A program made the position numbers and the translations under genes. The notes under the pieces were generated by a model. That model saw nothing but the letters and a program-made list of their open reading frames with translations. It was not told where the DNA came from and did no database searches. A DNA stretch of 63,893 nucleotides from Gammaproteobacteria bacterium (GTDB lineage: Bacteria; Pseudomonadota; Gammaproteobacteria; GCA-001735895): positions 1-63,893 of the forward strand of contig JAAESG010000444.1 of NCBI GenBank assembly GCA_024229615.1, written 5' to 3'. Of this stretch, positions 30,115 to 41,046 are shown piece after piece; the first letter of the stretch is position 1; every line of letters begins with the position of its first letter.

Positions 30115-31439
30115 ACCTGAACCGGTTTTTCAAGAAGCGCATAATAAAAACCATCCATGTTGTCGCTTCCCGTTAGTATCTGGCGTCCCTGCGCCCGAGG
30201 CACACCCCAGCCAGGCTCACCCAGATCCATTTCGACTGCGTCGGCATGACGCTGAAGAAACTTGGAAACCTGGATTTCATTTTCATCCTTGAAAACCGAG
30301 CAGGTGCTGTAAAGCATTCTTCCGCCAGGTTTAAGGACACGCCACAACGTGTCCAGAATCTTTCGCTGTTGCGCCAGCAACGGCATTATATCGCTTTCGC
30401 GGCGTAATAGTTTGATATCCGGATGCCTGCGCATCACTCCACTGGCCGAACAGGGGACATCGGCAAGAATACAATCATATTGCTTACCACTAAACCAGGG
30501 TTCCGGAATAGCCGCATCGCCAACTAAAATCTGTGCTGACTTGTCAATTCGATGCAGGTTTTCGCGCAATCGCTGCAACCTGGATTCATTGCTATCGAGC
30601 GCATCGAGGTCGATATCCGGGTAGCGTTGCAACAGATGTACCGCCTTTCCTCCCGGCGCGGCACAGGCATCGAGTACCCGTGCTCCGGCTTCACAGCCAA
30701 GCACTTCGGCGGCGAGTTGCGCAGCGGCATCCTGCACGCTCAGCCGGCCCTGTTCAAAACCGGGTAACTGATTGACATCACAAGGCGCCACGAGTTCGAT
30801 GGCACTTGGAACCACGGGGTGTTTACTTGCCCCAATCCCGTTTGCACGCAAAGTTTCTATCATTTCATCAAGGCTGATTCGATCGACATCGACACGTAAG
30901 CACATCGGTGGCCGCAGATTACCCTGGAGTAGTACCTGTTCGGCCTGATCACCCCAGTCACGCCGAATTCGTGCCAGTATCCAGTCCGGGTAGGCCAGCG
31001 CCTGGGCGTTGCTGTCCAACTCCACCTGGTCGCGGATAACTCCGCGTAGTACCGCGTTTATCAAGCCTCGTGCCCAGGCCTTTTTTTGCAACAGCGCCAG
31101 CTTAACGGTTTCATTGACCGCCGCATGGGCTCCGGTGTTCATGATCAACAATTGATATAACCCCAGCACCAGAATGATCTCTATATCTCGATCGCGTGCC
31201 CTGAGTGGTTTTTGCAAACGCCGGGTAAGCAATACGGACAAGGAGAAATACCATCGGCAAAAACCGAAAACCAGTTCACGGGCAAGTGCCAGATCCCGTT
31301 TCTCAGCAGTTAAGGATTGATACCAGTCGCTACCGAATACGTCGTCAAGCGAACGACCGCGCTCAACAACCTGCTGAATTACCTGTAACGCGATCCAGCG
31401 TGGATTAGAGGTATTCGTCACTGTGCCCCCAACAGGCAT
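30111..31439 (-). CDS. rsmB: 16S rRNA (cytosine967-C5)-methyltransferase RsmB
   Basis: NusB-like N-domain, SAM motif DACAAPGGK and catalytic YSTCS. The start is either ATG 31439 or, perhaps more likely, GTG 31421, which overlaps the fmt stop as GTGA. The 502-aa track ORF is an N-terminal over-extension. Confidence 0.9.
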   Translation of the reverse strand: MPVGGTVTNTSNPRWIALQVIQQVVERGRSLDDVFGSDWYQSLTAEKRDLALARELVFGFCRWYFSLSVLLTRRLQKPLRARDRDIEIILVLGLYQLLIMNTGAHAAVNETVKLALLQKKAWARGLINAVLRGVIRDQVELDSNAQALAYPDWILARIRRDWGDQAEQVLLQGNLRPPMCLRVDVDRISLDEMIETLRANGIGASKHPVVPSAIELVAPCDVNQLPGFEQGRLSVQDAAAQLAAEVLGCEAGARVLDACAAPGGKAVHLLQRYPDIDLDALDSNESRLQRLRENLHRIDKSAQILVGDAAIPEPWFSGKQYDCILADVPCSASGVMRRHPDIKLLRRESDIMPLLAQQRKILDTLWRVLKPGGRMLYSTCSVFKDENEIQVSKFLQRHADAVEMDLGEPGWGVPRAQGRQILTGSDNMDGFYYALLEKPVQV

Positions 31440-32353
31440 CCGTTCAGACTCCTGGCGTTGAGCGCCTGTGACGCGCTGCATCGGCTGCGGCCGGCAAACT
31501 GCAGCTCGGTTACTTGCAGCACCGAATCGGCACAGCTGACATAAATTCCGCGGGCATCGTGCGCTACGACCAGGCCAGGTTTGCGTGCCTTGAAATCGAG
31601 GCTGAGCGCAGCCGACCAAACCCGCAGATTATCGTTTTTCAGCCGGGTATGACTAACCGGCCAGGGATTGAAAGCGCGAACCTCCCGCGCCAAAACTGCT
31701 GCCGGTTTGTTCCAGTCTATTTCAGCCTGCTGTTTGACGAGTCGTGGCGCATAGGTGGCCTGCGTATCATCCTGGGGCCGCGCCTGCCGCAAAGCCTGCT
31801 CGATATCGCGTAAAGATTCCTGCAGCAGTTCAGCACCCAATGGCGCCAACTCATCGTGGAGTCTGGCCGCATTCCAATCGGGCTCGATGGCGACCTTGCG
31901 GTTCGCGATCATCGCACCCGTGTCGAGTCCCTCGTCCATCTTCATCAGGGTCACACCCGTTTGTTCATCGCCGGCCAGAATCGCTTGCTGGATCGGCGAC
32001 GCACCACGCCAGCGAGGCAACAGCGAGGCGTGGATATTGACGCAACCAAAGCGCGGGGCTGTGAGTATCGCCGCCGGCAACAAAAGACCATAAGCAGCGA
32101 CTACCATCAGGTCTGCATTCAACGCTCTCAGGCGATCGACCTCTTCCTCGGACGCAAAACTGTCTGGCTGTCGAATCATAAGGGCAGATTCAAGCGCACG
32201 AATCTTGACCGGACTTGGATGGACTTTTCGTCCCCGGCCCGCGGGACGATCCGGCTGAGTGTAAACCGCAACCAGCTGATGTTTACAACGCAGCAATGAT
32301 TCCAGCGCCGGTACGGCAAACTCCGGGGTCCCTGCATAGATAATCTTGAGCAT
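31418..32353 (-). CDS. fmt: Methionyl-tRNA formyltransferase
   Basis: 311 aa; contains HASLLPRWRGASPIQ. The def-fmt order fits. Confidence 0.96.
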   Translation of the reverse strand: MLKIIYAGTPEFAVPALESLLRCKHQLVAVYTQPDRPAGRGRKVHPSPVKIRALESALMIRQPDSFASEEEVDRLRALNADLMVVAAYGLLLPAAILTAPRFGCVNIHASLLPRWRGASPIQQAILAGDEQTGVTLMKMDEGLDTGAMIANRKVAIEPDWNAARLHDELAPLGAELLQESLRDIEQALRQARPQDDTQATYAPRLVKQQAEIDWNKPAAVLAREVRAFNPWPVSHTRLKNDNLRVWSAALSLDFKARKPGLVVAHDARGIYVSCADSVLQVTELQFAGRSRCSASQALNARSLNGCLLGAQ

Positions 32354-32366
32354 TGGTTTAGTGAGA

Positions 32367-32873
32367 CTAGCCAGCCTTCTGCTTTTCCATTTTCAGCAAC
32401 TTGCTGCGAATACGGTTGCGTTTAAGATTTGACAGGTAATCGACGAACAACTTGCCGTCGAGGTGATCCATTTCGTGCTGGATGCAGACCGCTTCGATAC
32501 CTTCGGCCTCAAACTCGGACAAGGTTCCGTCCTGGTCACAGGCGCGCACGCGGATATGGTCTGCCCGTCTTACCTTTTCATAAAACCCTGGAACAGAGAG
32601 GCAACCCTCGTCCATTTCCTCGTCCCCATCGGCCTGCAGAATTTCGGGATTAACAAGACACCTGGGTTGGTTATGCGTCTCCGAAACATCCATTGTCAGC
32701 AGACGAATGTGCCGATCAACCTGCGTCGCGGCGAGTCCTATACCCGGGGCTTCATACATGGTTTCGAACATATCGCTAACCAGTTGGCGGAGGCTCTCGT
32801 CGAATTCGTCGACTGTTTTTGCGACTGTTCTAAGACGCGGATCGGGAAAATGTAAAATATTTAATAAAGCCAT
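32367..32873 (-). CDS. def: Peptide deformylase
   Basis: 168 aa with the three PDF motifs [14 protein letters not shown] and HEMDHL. Confidence 0.97.
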   Translation of the reverse strand: MALLNILHFPDPRLRTVAKTVDEFDESLRQLVSDMFETMYEAPGIGLAATQVDRHIRLLTMDVSETHNQPRCLVNPEILQADGDEEMDEGCLSVPGFYEKVRRADHIRVRACDQDGTLSEFEAEGIEAVCIQHEMDHLDGKLFVDYLSNLKRNRIRSKLLKMEKQKAG

Positions 32874-33011
32874 GGTTAACTACTTCAAGAAAAGTTACAA
32901 CTAGTTGTTCCAAGTTAATGATTATACTAGAATCTTTCGGGCCAAAAAGCTTGTAGTCGGGTATTTTTAGTCTACAATCCTTCAATTAGTACCGCATTTT
33001 CAGGGGTTTTC

Positions 33012-34199
33012 ATGCCTACGATCGACAATAGACAGCTTTTAAAAGGAATGTTTCTGCTATCAGGCATATTGCTGATCGCGGCCTGTGCTGAACCACCCCC
33101 GCCCTATTCGGTCGTTTATGAGCCCGAGACAGCACCCGAAGTCGTCACCGTCAAGGCCGCCATTCAGGAACCTGAACCAGAACCTGCCGAAAACATCGTT
33201 TACGAACCGGAGTTCCCCGAAACCTATATTGTACAAGAAGGCGATACGCTATGGGATATCTCTACCGTTTTTCTACGCGATCCGTGGTACTGGCCTGAAA
33301 TCTGGTTTAAAAATCCTCAGGTTGAAAATCCACATCTGATTTATCCGGGCGATACCCTCGCCATCGTTTACATCGGTGGAGAGCGCAGGGTACAGATTTT
33401 GTCGCGCGGCGCCGATGGATCGGTCCTCTCACACACGGAAGATGGGCTCAGTATCGTAAAGGTCAACCCCAGGGTCCGCTTGAAATCGATCGATGCGACC
33501 ATTCCGTCGATACCGATCGAATCCATCCGTCACCTGGTCGAACGCCCGATCATAATCGATGCGGATACGCTGGAAAATTCAGCCTATGTTCTGTCCAGCC
33601 TCGATAACCATCTGATCAACAGTATCAATGACAAACTCTACGTGCGTAAGCTTGATACCAAAGGCGGCAATGGGCGTTACCACATTTATCGTCCTCACAA
33701 GCCTCTTTTCGACCCTATTACAAACGAGTTGCTGGGCTACGAGGCGCTATACATCGGTGAATCCAAGCTTCTGCTGCGTGGCGATCCGGCATCGGTCAGG
33801 GTAACCAATTCGGAACGCGAAATTCTGCGTGATGATCGCGTCATGCCGATGGACAACACCAATTTCGAACGCGATTTCTATCCCAAGCCTCCGAGCACCA
33901 AGGTCAGCGGGGAAATCGTCGCACTGCTGGACGCTATATCACAAACTGGACTGTATCAAACCATTGCGATCAACCTCGGTAGTCGAGATGGTGTCGAAAG
34001 CGGCAATGTTCTGCGGATTCGCCGCTTCGGTGATGTTGTGCGCGATAAAAACGAAGCCAACCCGAGGTTTTACGTCAAGCTGCCCGACGAACAGGTCGGT
34101 ATGGCAATGATCATTCGTTCCTTCGAAAAAGTCAGCTACGCGCTGATCATGGAAGCCGATTTCCCAATCAGTATCAAAGATTACGTCGAATCCCCGTAG
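33012..34199 (+). CDS. LysM peptidoglycan-binding protein (TsaP-like, divergent from def)
   Basis: 395 aa with a signal/lipoprotein-like N-terminus (LLIAAC) and a LysM domain (YIVQEGDTLWDISTVFLRDPWYWPEIW). The position between def and dprA matches the Pseudomonas/Neisseria TsaP locus. Confidence 0.8.
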   Translation: MPTIDNRQLLKGMFLLSGILLIAACAEPPPPYSVVYEPETAPEVVTVKAAIQEPEPEPAENIVYEPEFPETYIVQEGDTLWDISTVFLRDPWYWPEIWFKNPQVENPHLIYPGDTLAIVYIGGERRVQILSRGADGSVLSHTEDGLSIVKVNPRVRLKSIDATIPSIPIESIRHLVERPIIIDADTLENSAYVLSSLDNHLINSINDKLYVRKLDTKGGNGRYHIYRPHKPLFDPITNELLGYEALYIGESKLLLRGDPASVRVTNSEREILRDDRVMPMDNTNFERDFYPKPPSTKVSGEIVALLDAISQTGLYQTIAINLGSRDGVESGNVLRIRRFGDVVRDKNEANPRFYVKLPDEQVGMAMIIRSFEKVSYALIMEADFPISIKDYVESP

Positions 34200-34293
34200 A
34201 GCGCTTCTACACAGCAAGATAAATAACACGCTAGCACCAGGCAACTGCCTGGTGCTATAGTATTCGGGTCTGAAATGGAATCTTGAGACTCAC

Positions 34294-35394
34294 ATGCAAA
34301 AGGATTTGCTAGCCGATTTTCTGCATCTTTATCATAGCCTGGGCTCTCGGCACAGAATTCTTCCAGCGCTGCTTGATCAATTCTCGGGTAACCCTTCAAT
34401 CCTCCTGGCCAGTAACACCCATGCGCTAAAGTCAGCCGGACTCAAGCAGTCCGAAATCAATCAAATCAGATCGCCGCAACATCCCTGGGTGAGCAAAGAT
34501 CTGACCTGGGCCGAAACGGGCCACCACTACCTGATTTGCTTCGACGATGATAGCTATCCCGGGTTGCTGCGCCAAATCAGCGATTTTCCTACCCTGCTTT
34601 ATGCCGCCGGCAATCCTGGCCTGTTACAGGAACCGCAAATTGCCATTGTCGGCAGTCGCAACTGTACCCCGGGTGGAGCGCAGAATGCATTCGAGTTTGC
34701 TTCGCAACTCGCCAGTGCCGGTCTCACCATAACCAGCGGGATGGCGCTTGGCATAGATTCCGCAGCACATCGTGGCGCCTTGCAAGTCGACGCCAACACT
34801 ATCGCCGTAACCGGTACCGGATTAGACCTGATATACCCGCGGCGCAATCTCAGGCTAGCCGATGCAATCCTCGAACGGGGATTGCTCGTTTCAGAGTTTC
34901 CACTGGGAACGGAAGCGAGACCGACCAATTTCCCTCAACGCAACAGAATTATCAGCGGGCTTGCGCTGGCAACACTGGTGGTCGAAGCCGCCGAGCGCAG
35001 TGGCTCACTCATCACCGCACGCCTCGCGGCGGAACAGGGGCGTGACGTTTTTGCCGTTCCGGGCTCGATTCACAATCCGCAAACTCGCGGTTGTCATCAA
35101 CTGATTCGCGACGGCGCAACGATTACTGAAACTCCATTGGACATTGCCACCGAAATTAGCAGTCTGATCGGCTTTGTCCTGGAACAGCAATCCAATGGCC
35201 GCGGCGAACACTCGGTACCGCTCGACAGCGCACATCGAAACCTGCTCGAAGTGATCGGTTACGACCCGGTAAACTGTGACATACTTGTGCAACGCAGTGG
35301 CTTGACCATCGACAAGCTTTCATCCATGCTATTATTACTTGAGATTAATGATTTAATTCAATCTGCGCCTGGCGGCTGCTTCGTCAGGATCTAA
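34294..35394 (+). CDS. dprA: DNA-protecting protein DprA (Smf)
   Basis: 366 aa with the Rossmann-like core GMALGIDSAAHRGAL and RNRIISGL. Confidence 0.93.
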   Translation: MQKDLLADFLHLYHSLGSRHRILPALLDQFSGNPSILLASNTHALKSAGLKQSEINQIRSPQHPWVSKDLTWAETGHHYLICFDDDSYPGLLRQISDFPTLLYAAGNPGLLQEPQIAIVGSRNCTPGGAQNAFEFASQLASAGLTITSGMALGIDSAAHRGALQVDANTIAVTGTGLDLIYPRRNLRLADAILERGLLVSEFPLGTEARPTNFPQRNRIISGLALATLVVEAAERSGSLITARLAAEQGRDVFAVPGSIHNPQTRGCHQLIRDGATITETPLDIATEISSLIGFVLEQQSNGRGEHSVPLDSAHRNLLEVIGYDPVNCDILVQRSGLTIDKLSSMLLLLEINDLIQSAPGGCFVRI

Positions 35395-35406
35395 ACTGAG
35401 GTATTC

Positions 35407-35889
35407 ATGAAAGAAGGCGTTATAGACGTTCTGATGTACATATTTTCGAGCTATGCGGACCAGGACGAGAATCTGCCCGAAGATCGTGATGGCATTGATG
35501 CCGATCTGCGTGACGCAGGCTTCGAGCCCATCGAGATCGACAAGGCTTTCGAATGGCTGGATGGGTTGGCGCAGGTTGAAGATGATACCGGTAGCGACCA
35601 GTCCGAAATCGCAACGCGGATTCTGGCGCCGGAAGAGCGTGCTCGTCTGGCTTACAACGCACATGGATTTTTACTGTTCCTGGAGCAATCCGGAGTACTA
35701 ACACCACGCTTGCGCGAAATGGTGATTAACCGTGTCATGGCACTCGAATCGGACTCCGAAGTCGATATTGAGGAACTCAAGTGGGTCGTCATGATGGTGT
35801 TGTTCAATAGCTCGGAAGAGCAGGATGAAAACGCTTTGATGCACTACGAGGATATCGTATTTGCAGATCAACCCGCCGTTTTTCACTGA
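35407..35889 (+). CDS. smg: Smg (DUF494) protein
   Basis: 160 aa; begins MKEGVIDVLMYIFSSY. It follows dprA as in most gammaproteobacteria. Confidence 0.9.
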   Translation: MKEGVIDVLMYIFSSYADQDENLPEDRDGIDADLRDAGFEPIEIDKAFEWLDGLAQVEDDTGSDQSEIATRILAPEERARLAYNAHGFLLFLEQSGVLTPRLREMVINRVMALESDSEVDIEELKWVVMMVLFNSSEEQDENALMHYEDIVFADQPAVFH

Positions 35890-35931
35890 GAGCGGCAAGT
35901 GTCAATCATCGTAGTGGACCAGTAGCACCCA

Positions 35932-38358
35932 ATGGCCAGCCACCTAGTCATCGTCGAATCTCCAGCCAAGGCGAAAACCATTGAAAAATACCTGGGCAAG
36001 GACTTCAAGGTCCTGGCTTCTTACGGTCATGTGCGCGATTTGATCCCGAAGGAAGGCGCGGTAGAAACCGACAACGGTTTTAAAATGAACTACACCGCGG
36101 TAGAGCGCAATCAGAAGCACATCGCCAATATAAAAAAAGAACTGAAAAAAGCCGATTCGATCTACCTCGCCACTGACCCGGATCGCGAAGGTGAAGCCAT
36201 TTCCTGGCACCTGTACGAATTGCTACGCGAAAAGAACTTGATGAAGAACAAGAAGGCTTTCCGTGTCGCTTTCTACGAAATCACCAGGCAGGCCGTTTCC
36301 GAGGCGATTGCCAGCCCACGCGAAATCACCATGGACCTGGTTAACGCGCAACAGGCGCGGCGCGCACTCGATTACCTGGTTGGATTTAACCTGTCACCGT
36401 TGCTGTGGCGCAAGATCCGCCGTGGCCTGTCGGCTGGTCGGGTACAAAGTCCGGCATTGCGCATGATCGTCGAACGAGAACTCGAGATCGAGGCTTTCAA
36501 TCCCCAGGAATACTGGAGTATTGAATCGGATAACAGCCTCGATGGCCAGGCCTTTAGCGCCAAGCTCAATAGGTTGGGTGGTGAAAAGGTAAAGCAATTC
36601 ACGATCACCAATGCGGAGCAGGCAAACGCGGCACACAGAAGCTTAAGCGAAGCGGCCCAGGGCAAGTTAAGGGTTGCCAAGGTTGAAAAGAAACAGCGCA
36701 AGCGCAACCCGGCAGCACCGTTTACCACATCTACACTGCAGCAGGAAGCCGCGCGCAAACTCGGATTTGGTGCGCAGCGCACAATGCGTACCGCACAACG
36801 ACTTTACGAGGGAATCGACGTTGGTGCCGGACAAGTAGGTCTTATCTCATATATGCGTACCGACTCGGTGACCTTATCGAACGATGCACTGCTCGAGATT
36901 CGTGAATTTATCGCGGAAAAATTTGGTGAAAACAATTTGCCGGAAACAGCGCGTGAGTATAAAACCAAATCCAAGAATGCTCAGGAAGCGCATGAGGCGA
37001 TTCGGCCCACCAGCGCCCGCAACGAACCTTTCAAGATCAAGGAACACCTCGGTGATGACGAATTCCGTCTCTACAGCCTGATCTGGAAACGCACCATGGC
37101 TTGCCAGATGATCCACGCAACACTGGATACGGTCTCGGTTGACCTCGCCTGTGGCGACGACAGTACATTCAGGGCAAATGGCTCTACCATCCGAGACCTG
37201 GGCTTCATGCGGGTATACATCGAGGACAGGGATGAACCCAAGAAGAAGGATGACAGCAAGGAAAACATTCTGCCGCCGCTTGTCGAAGGCGACATGGTCG
37301 ATCTGAAGGAAATCAGGCTGGAGCAGCATTTTACCGAACCACCACCGCGTTTCAGCGAAGCTTCGCTGGTCAAGACCCTCGAAGAATACGGCATTGGCCG
37401 ACCTTCAACCTATGCCTCAATCATCACGACACTGCTCGATCGGGAATATGTCGAGCTGGAAAGCAAACGCTTCCACCCAACCGATGTCGGGCGCGTGGTG
37501 TCGCGCTTCCTGACCCAGCATTTTCCACAATATGTCGACTACGACTTCACCGCTCAGCTCGAGGACACGCTCGATGAGATTTCACGCGGCGAGGCTGAAT
37601 GGCTTCCGTTGATGGAAGAATTCTGGACCGCTTTCAAGAAGCTCGTCGACGACAAGATGGAAAATGTCACGCGCGATGAAGCCATTCAATCACGTCAACT
37701 GGGTGCTGACGAAAAAACGGGTAAACCGATTTCGGTACGCATGGGCCGCTACGGACCCTTTGTACAAATCGGCACGCGGGAAGATGAAGATAAACCGCGC
37801 TTTGCCGGTCTCAGGCCGGGCCAGAAAATGGATTCGATTACGCTCGAGGAAGCGTTCGAGCTTTTCAAACTGCCACGCGAGCTCGGCGTGTCGTCCGAAG
37901 GTGAACAGATTTCCGCCAATATTGGACGCTTCGGTCCCTATATAAAATACGATTCAAAATTTGTCTCGCTCAAGGTCAAGGAAGGCGACGATCCTTACAC
38001 GGTTACATTAGAGCGCGCCCTGGAATTGGTGGCAGAAAAGAAAGAGTTTGACGCCAATCGCGAAATCAAGGTCTTCGAAGGTACCGATATTATTATCCTG
38101 CGTGGTCGTTACGGACCCTACATTACCGATGGTGTAAAAAACGCGCGTATTCCCAAAGATGTGGAAGATCCGTCAACCCTGGACCTGCAAACTTGCCAGG
38201 AATTGATCGAAAAGGCGCCTTTACCCAAATCAAAGAGGAAAAAGGCGGCCGTCAAGAAAAAGGCCGCTCCCAAAAAATCAGCCCGCAAAAAGAGCGCCAA
38301 GAAAAAAACGGTCAAGAAAACAGCTGCCCAGCCAAAGGCAATCGCCGACGCCAGCTAA
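35932..38358 (+). CDS. topA: DNA topoisomerase I (type IA), with a Zn-ribbon-less C-terminus
   Basis: 808 aa. Toprim N-terminus LVIVESPAKAKTIEKYLG and active-site Tyr context SYMRTDS. The C-terminus has three GR(Y/F)GP(F/Y) repeats and a Lys-rich tail instead of Cys4 ribbons. Confidence 0.95.
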   Translation: MASHLVIVESPAKAKTIEKYLGKDFKVLASYGHVRDLIPKEGAVETDNGFKMNYTAVERNQKHIANIKKELKKADSIYLATDPDREGEAISWHLYELLREKNLMKNKKAFRVAFYEITRQAVSEAIASPREITMDLVNAQQARRALDYLVGFNLSPLLWRKIRRGLSAGRVQSPALRMIVERELEIEAFNPQEYWSIESDNSLDGQAFSAKLNRLGGEKVKQFTITNAEQANAAHRSLSEAAQGKLRVAKVEKKQRKRNPAAPFTTSTLQQEAARKLGFGAQRTMRTAQRLYEGIDVGAGQVGLISYMRTDSVTLSNDALLEIREFIAEKFGENNLPETAREYKTKSKNAQEAHEAIRPTSARNEPFKIKEHLGDDEFRLYSLIWKRTMACQMIHATLDTVSVDLACGDDSTFRANGSTIRDLGFMRVYIEDRDEPKKKDDSKENILPPLVEGDMVDLKEIRLEQHFTEPPPRFSEASLVKTLEEYGIGRPSTYASIITTLLDREYVELESKRFHPTDVGRVVSRFLTQHFPQYVDYDFTAQLEDTLDEISRGEAEWLPLMEEFWTAFKKLVDDKMENVTRDEAIQSRQLGADEKTGKPISVRMGRYGPFVQIGTREDEDKPRFAGLRPGQKMDSITLEEAFELFKLPRELGVSSEGEQISANIGRFGPYIKYDSKFVSLKVKEGDDPYTVTLERALELVAEKKEFDANREIKVFEGTDIIILRGRYGPYITDGVKNARIPKDVEDPSTLDLQTCQELIEKAPLPKSKRKKAAVKKKAAPKKSARKKSAKKKTVKKTAAQPKAIADAS

Positions 38359-38370
38359 CATTTGCCTGTT

Positions 38371-38928
38371 ATGAGTCCCTGGGCGTTAAATCGATTCATC
38401 CACGCGGTATCACAGGGTGCTGTTTTCGGTTATCCAACCGATACCACCTGGGGATTCGGCTGCCATCCACTAATCGCCGCAGGCGTGAATCGTATTCTGC
38501 AGATTAAAAATCGCAGCCCGGAAAAAGGCTTGATCCTGTTGTCCTCCAGGCTTGAGTATTGTGCGGCGTATACCGGTGCTGACACCAATCTGCTTAAGTC
38601 CATTCAATGCAATGCAGAAAATCCCACTACCTGGATAGTGCCCGCGAGCGATTTTTGCCCACCCTGGATTCGTGGCAACCATGCAACGGTTGCGATCAGG
38701 ATCACCGATCATCCGTTTCTGCGTACGGTCTGCGACCGGCTCGAGGCACCGATTGTTTCAACCAGTGCCAATCGCAGCGGTAAAACCTGTGTACGCAATG
38801 CATTACAAATGCGCAAGCAGTTCGACGACGAGCTCGATTTCATCGTCACCGGATTCGACACGGGCGGCAGCCAGCCAAGTGAGATAAAATCGCTGGATTG
38901 CGGTACAACCCTGAGGAGCAATCATTGA
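38371..38928 (+). CDS. tsaC: L-threonylcarbamoyladenylate synthase TsaC (YrdC family)
   Basis: YrdC-domain motifs [12 protein letters not shown] and STSANRSG. The start is ATG 38371 or TTG 38362. Confidence 0.88.
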   Translation: MSPWALNRFIHAVSQGAVFGYPTDTTWGFGCHPLIAAGVNRILQIKNRSPEKGLILLSSRLEYCAAYTGADTNLLKSIQCNAENPTTWIVPASDFCPPWIRGNHATVAIRITDHPFLRTVCDRLEAPIVSTSANRSGKTCVRNALQMRKQFDDELDFIVTGFDTGGSQPSEIKSLDCGTTLRSNH

Positions 38929-39842
38929 TGGACATCGATATCGAAGCCGTAGTCAGTTATTTGAATAGACTGCAGGCGAGCATTACCGGTGAACTGCAGA
39001 CCATCGATGGCAAAGTGGAATTCAAGGTCGATTCCTGGCAACGTGAAACCGGGGGTGGTGGGCGCAGCATGGTACTGCGTGATGGTGCCGTGTTCGAACA
39101 GGCTGGAGTCAACTTCTCGCAAGTCTATGGAGACAATTTACCAGCCTCGGCAACCGCGCATCGGCCCGAACTCGCGGGTCGCATCTTCCGCGCCATGGGA
39201 GTATCGCTGGTCATTCACCCGCACAACCCTTACATCCCGACTTCACATGCCAACGTGCGCTTTTTTGTCGCCGAGAAAGCCGGTGAAGATCCTGTTTGGT
39301 GGTTCGGCGGTGGATTCGACCTGACCCCTTACTACGGATTCGACGAAGATTGCGTGCATTGGCATCGTATCGCCAAACAGGCTTGTGATCCTTATGGCAT
39401 CGAACGTTATACCGAGTACAAGAAATGGTGTGACGAATATTTTTATCTGAAGCATCGAGGCGAAGCGCGGGGAATCGGTGGCCTTTTTTTCGACGATTTG
39501 AACCATCCGGACTTCGAACAAGCCTTTGCTTTTATGCGCAGCGTCGGCGATCACTACATACCCGCCTACAAGCCGATAGTTGAACGTCACCGGGTAGACG
39601 AATTCGGAGAGCGGGAAAAGAATTTCCAATTGTATCGCCGCGGCCGCTACGTCGAATTTAATCTGGTCTATGATCGGGGAACTCTGTTTGGTCTGCAATC
39701 CGGAGGACGCACCGAATCGATCCTGATGTCACTGCCGCCGGTGGTAAACTGGCGTTACAATTATCAGCCTGAAGCGGGCAGCGAAGAGGCACGGTTGACT
39801 AACTATTATCTCAAACCCCGCGACTGGCTCGCCGAAGACTGA
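38928..39842 (+). CDS. hemF: Oxygen-dependent coproporphyrinogen III oxidase
   Basis: I place the start at ATG 38928, which has GAGGAG 9 nt upstream and overlaps the tsaC stop by 1 nt. Motifs: [20 protein letters not shown] and [10 protein letters not shown]. Confidence 0.94.
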   Translation: MDIDIEAVVSYLNRLQASITGELQTIDGKVEFKVDSWQRETGGGGRSMVLRDGAVFEQAGVNFSQVYGDNLPASATAHRPELAGRIFRAMGVSLVIHPHNPYIPTSHANVRFFVAEKAGEDPVWWFGGGFDLTPYYGFDEDCVHWHRIAKQACDPYGIERYTEYKKWCDEYFYLKHRGEARGIGGLFFDDLNHPDFEQAFAFMRSVGDHYIPAYKPIVERHRVDEFGEREKNFQLYRRGRYVEFNLVYDRGTLFGLQSGGRTESILMSLPPVVNWRYNYQPEAGSEEARLTNYYLKPRDWLAED

Positions 39843-39844
39843 TC

Positions 39845-40267
39845 ATGCAAACAGAGTTCCCAGAAATCGAAGTTAGCAACGAAAGCGATGATTTCACCAA
39901 GTGCGACCTTTGCGGCAACTCGAAATGTTGCACCTATGTCACCCAGCAGATCGACACACCCCGCTCCAAATATGATTTCGAAATATTGCTGTGGCAGGTA
40001 TCACATGCCGGCGTTGCAGCCTACAAGGATGATGATGGCTGGTTCGTCTTGTTTGAATCACGCTGTCAGCACTTGCTCGTCGACGGGCGTTGCAATATTT
40101 ACCACATTCGTCCAACCATCTGCCGATCCCACAGCAACGACTATTGCGAATACGATGCTCCGGCCGAAGATGGCTTCGATCTCTATTTCCCCGACTACGA
40201 TGCCCTGTTGCAATACTGCAAGAGAAAATTCAAACGCTGGAGTACCGGTAACTCTCCACCCGGGTAA
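39845..40267 (+). CDS. YkgJ family cysteine-cluster (CxxCxxCC-type) protein
   Basis: 140 aa with CDLCGNSKCC, then CQHL...GRCNIYHIRPTICRS. Confidence 0.75.
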   Translation: MQTEFPEIEVSNESDDFTKCDLCGNSKCCTYVTQQIDTPRSKYDFEILLWQVSHAGVAAYKDDDGWFVLFESRCQHLLVDGRCNIYHIRPTICRSHSNDYCEYDAPAEDGFDLYFPDYDALLQYCKRKFKRWSTGNSPPG

Positions 40268-40278
40268 ACACAGGTCTA

Positions 40279-41046
40279 TTGATGAGCAGAGCGACTAAAT
40301 ATCAAATTTTGATCGCCATTTGCGTTGTCGCCACCGTCAGTGCTTTTTTTGTACCCCGCATTGCCCAGGATCCTCTCTATCATCAGTTTGCCGATCAAAA
40401 CAGCCTGTTCGCAATACCAAACGCGTTAAATGTCCTTTCCAACCTGTTGTTTGGCTGGATTGGTATCGAAGGCCTCTATCGCCTGATCGTAAAGAAGTCA
40501 CTACAGATCAACCCGGCATCTTACCCTGCCTACTTCAGTTTCTTCCTGGCGCTGACATTGATTGCCGCCGGTTCCGGTTACTACCATTGGTTTCCCGACA
40601 ACCAGACCCTGATCTGGGATCGATTACCGATGACGGTCGCTTTCATGTCGTTTTTTACCATTCTGATCGCTGAACGTATTTCTGAGTCGCTAGCCAGAAT
40701 TCTGTTTCCACTACTGCTCATGTTGGGAATAGCCAGTATTGTCTACTGGCATCTGAGCGAGATGGGCGGTCAGGGTGATTTACGTCCCTACGCGTTGGTT
40801 CAATTCCTGCCAATCCTGTTGACGCCGTTGATTCTGCTGATGCTGGGTTCGCGTTACACGCGCAACGCAGATTTATGGTGGTTTCTCGCCTTCTACTTGC
40901 TGGCGAAAATTTTCGAAGCACTCGACGCTGAAATCCTTGAAATACTCGGGGTAATGAGTGGGCATAGTCTCAAACACATTGCTGCCAGTATCGGTTGTCT
41001 CGTGTTTCTACGACACCTGCGCTTCAGAAGTCTCACGGGACAATGA
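40279..41046 (+). CDS. Ceramidase-like (alkaline phytoceramidase family) integral membrane protein
   Basis: 255 aa with about 7 TM segments. The N-terminal segment YHQFADQNSLFAIPNALNVLSNLLFGWIG resembles bacterial ceramidase-domain proteins as I remember them. The assignment is tentative. Confidence 0.5.
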   Translation: MMSRATKYQILIAICVVATVSAFFVPRIAQDPLYHQFADQNSLFAIPNALNVLSNLLFGWIGIEGLYRLIVKKSLQINPASYPAYFSFFLALTLIAAGSGYYHWFPDNQTLIWDRLPMTVAFMSFFTILIAERISESLARILFPLLLMLGIASIVYWHLSEMGGQGDLRPYALVQFLPILLTPLILLMLGSRYTRNADLWWFLAFYLLAKIFEALDAEILEILGVMSGHSLKHIAASIGCLVFLRHLRFRSLTGQ

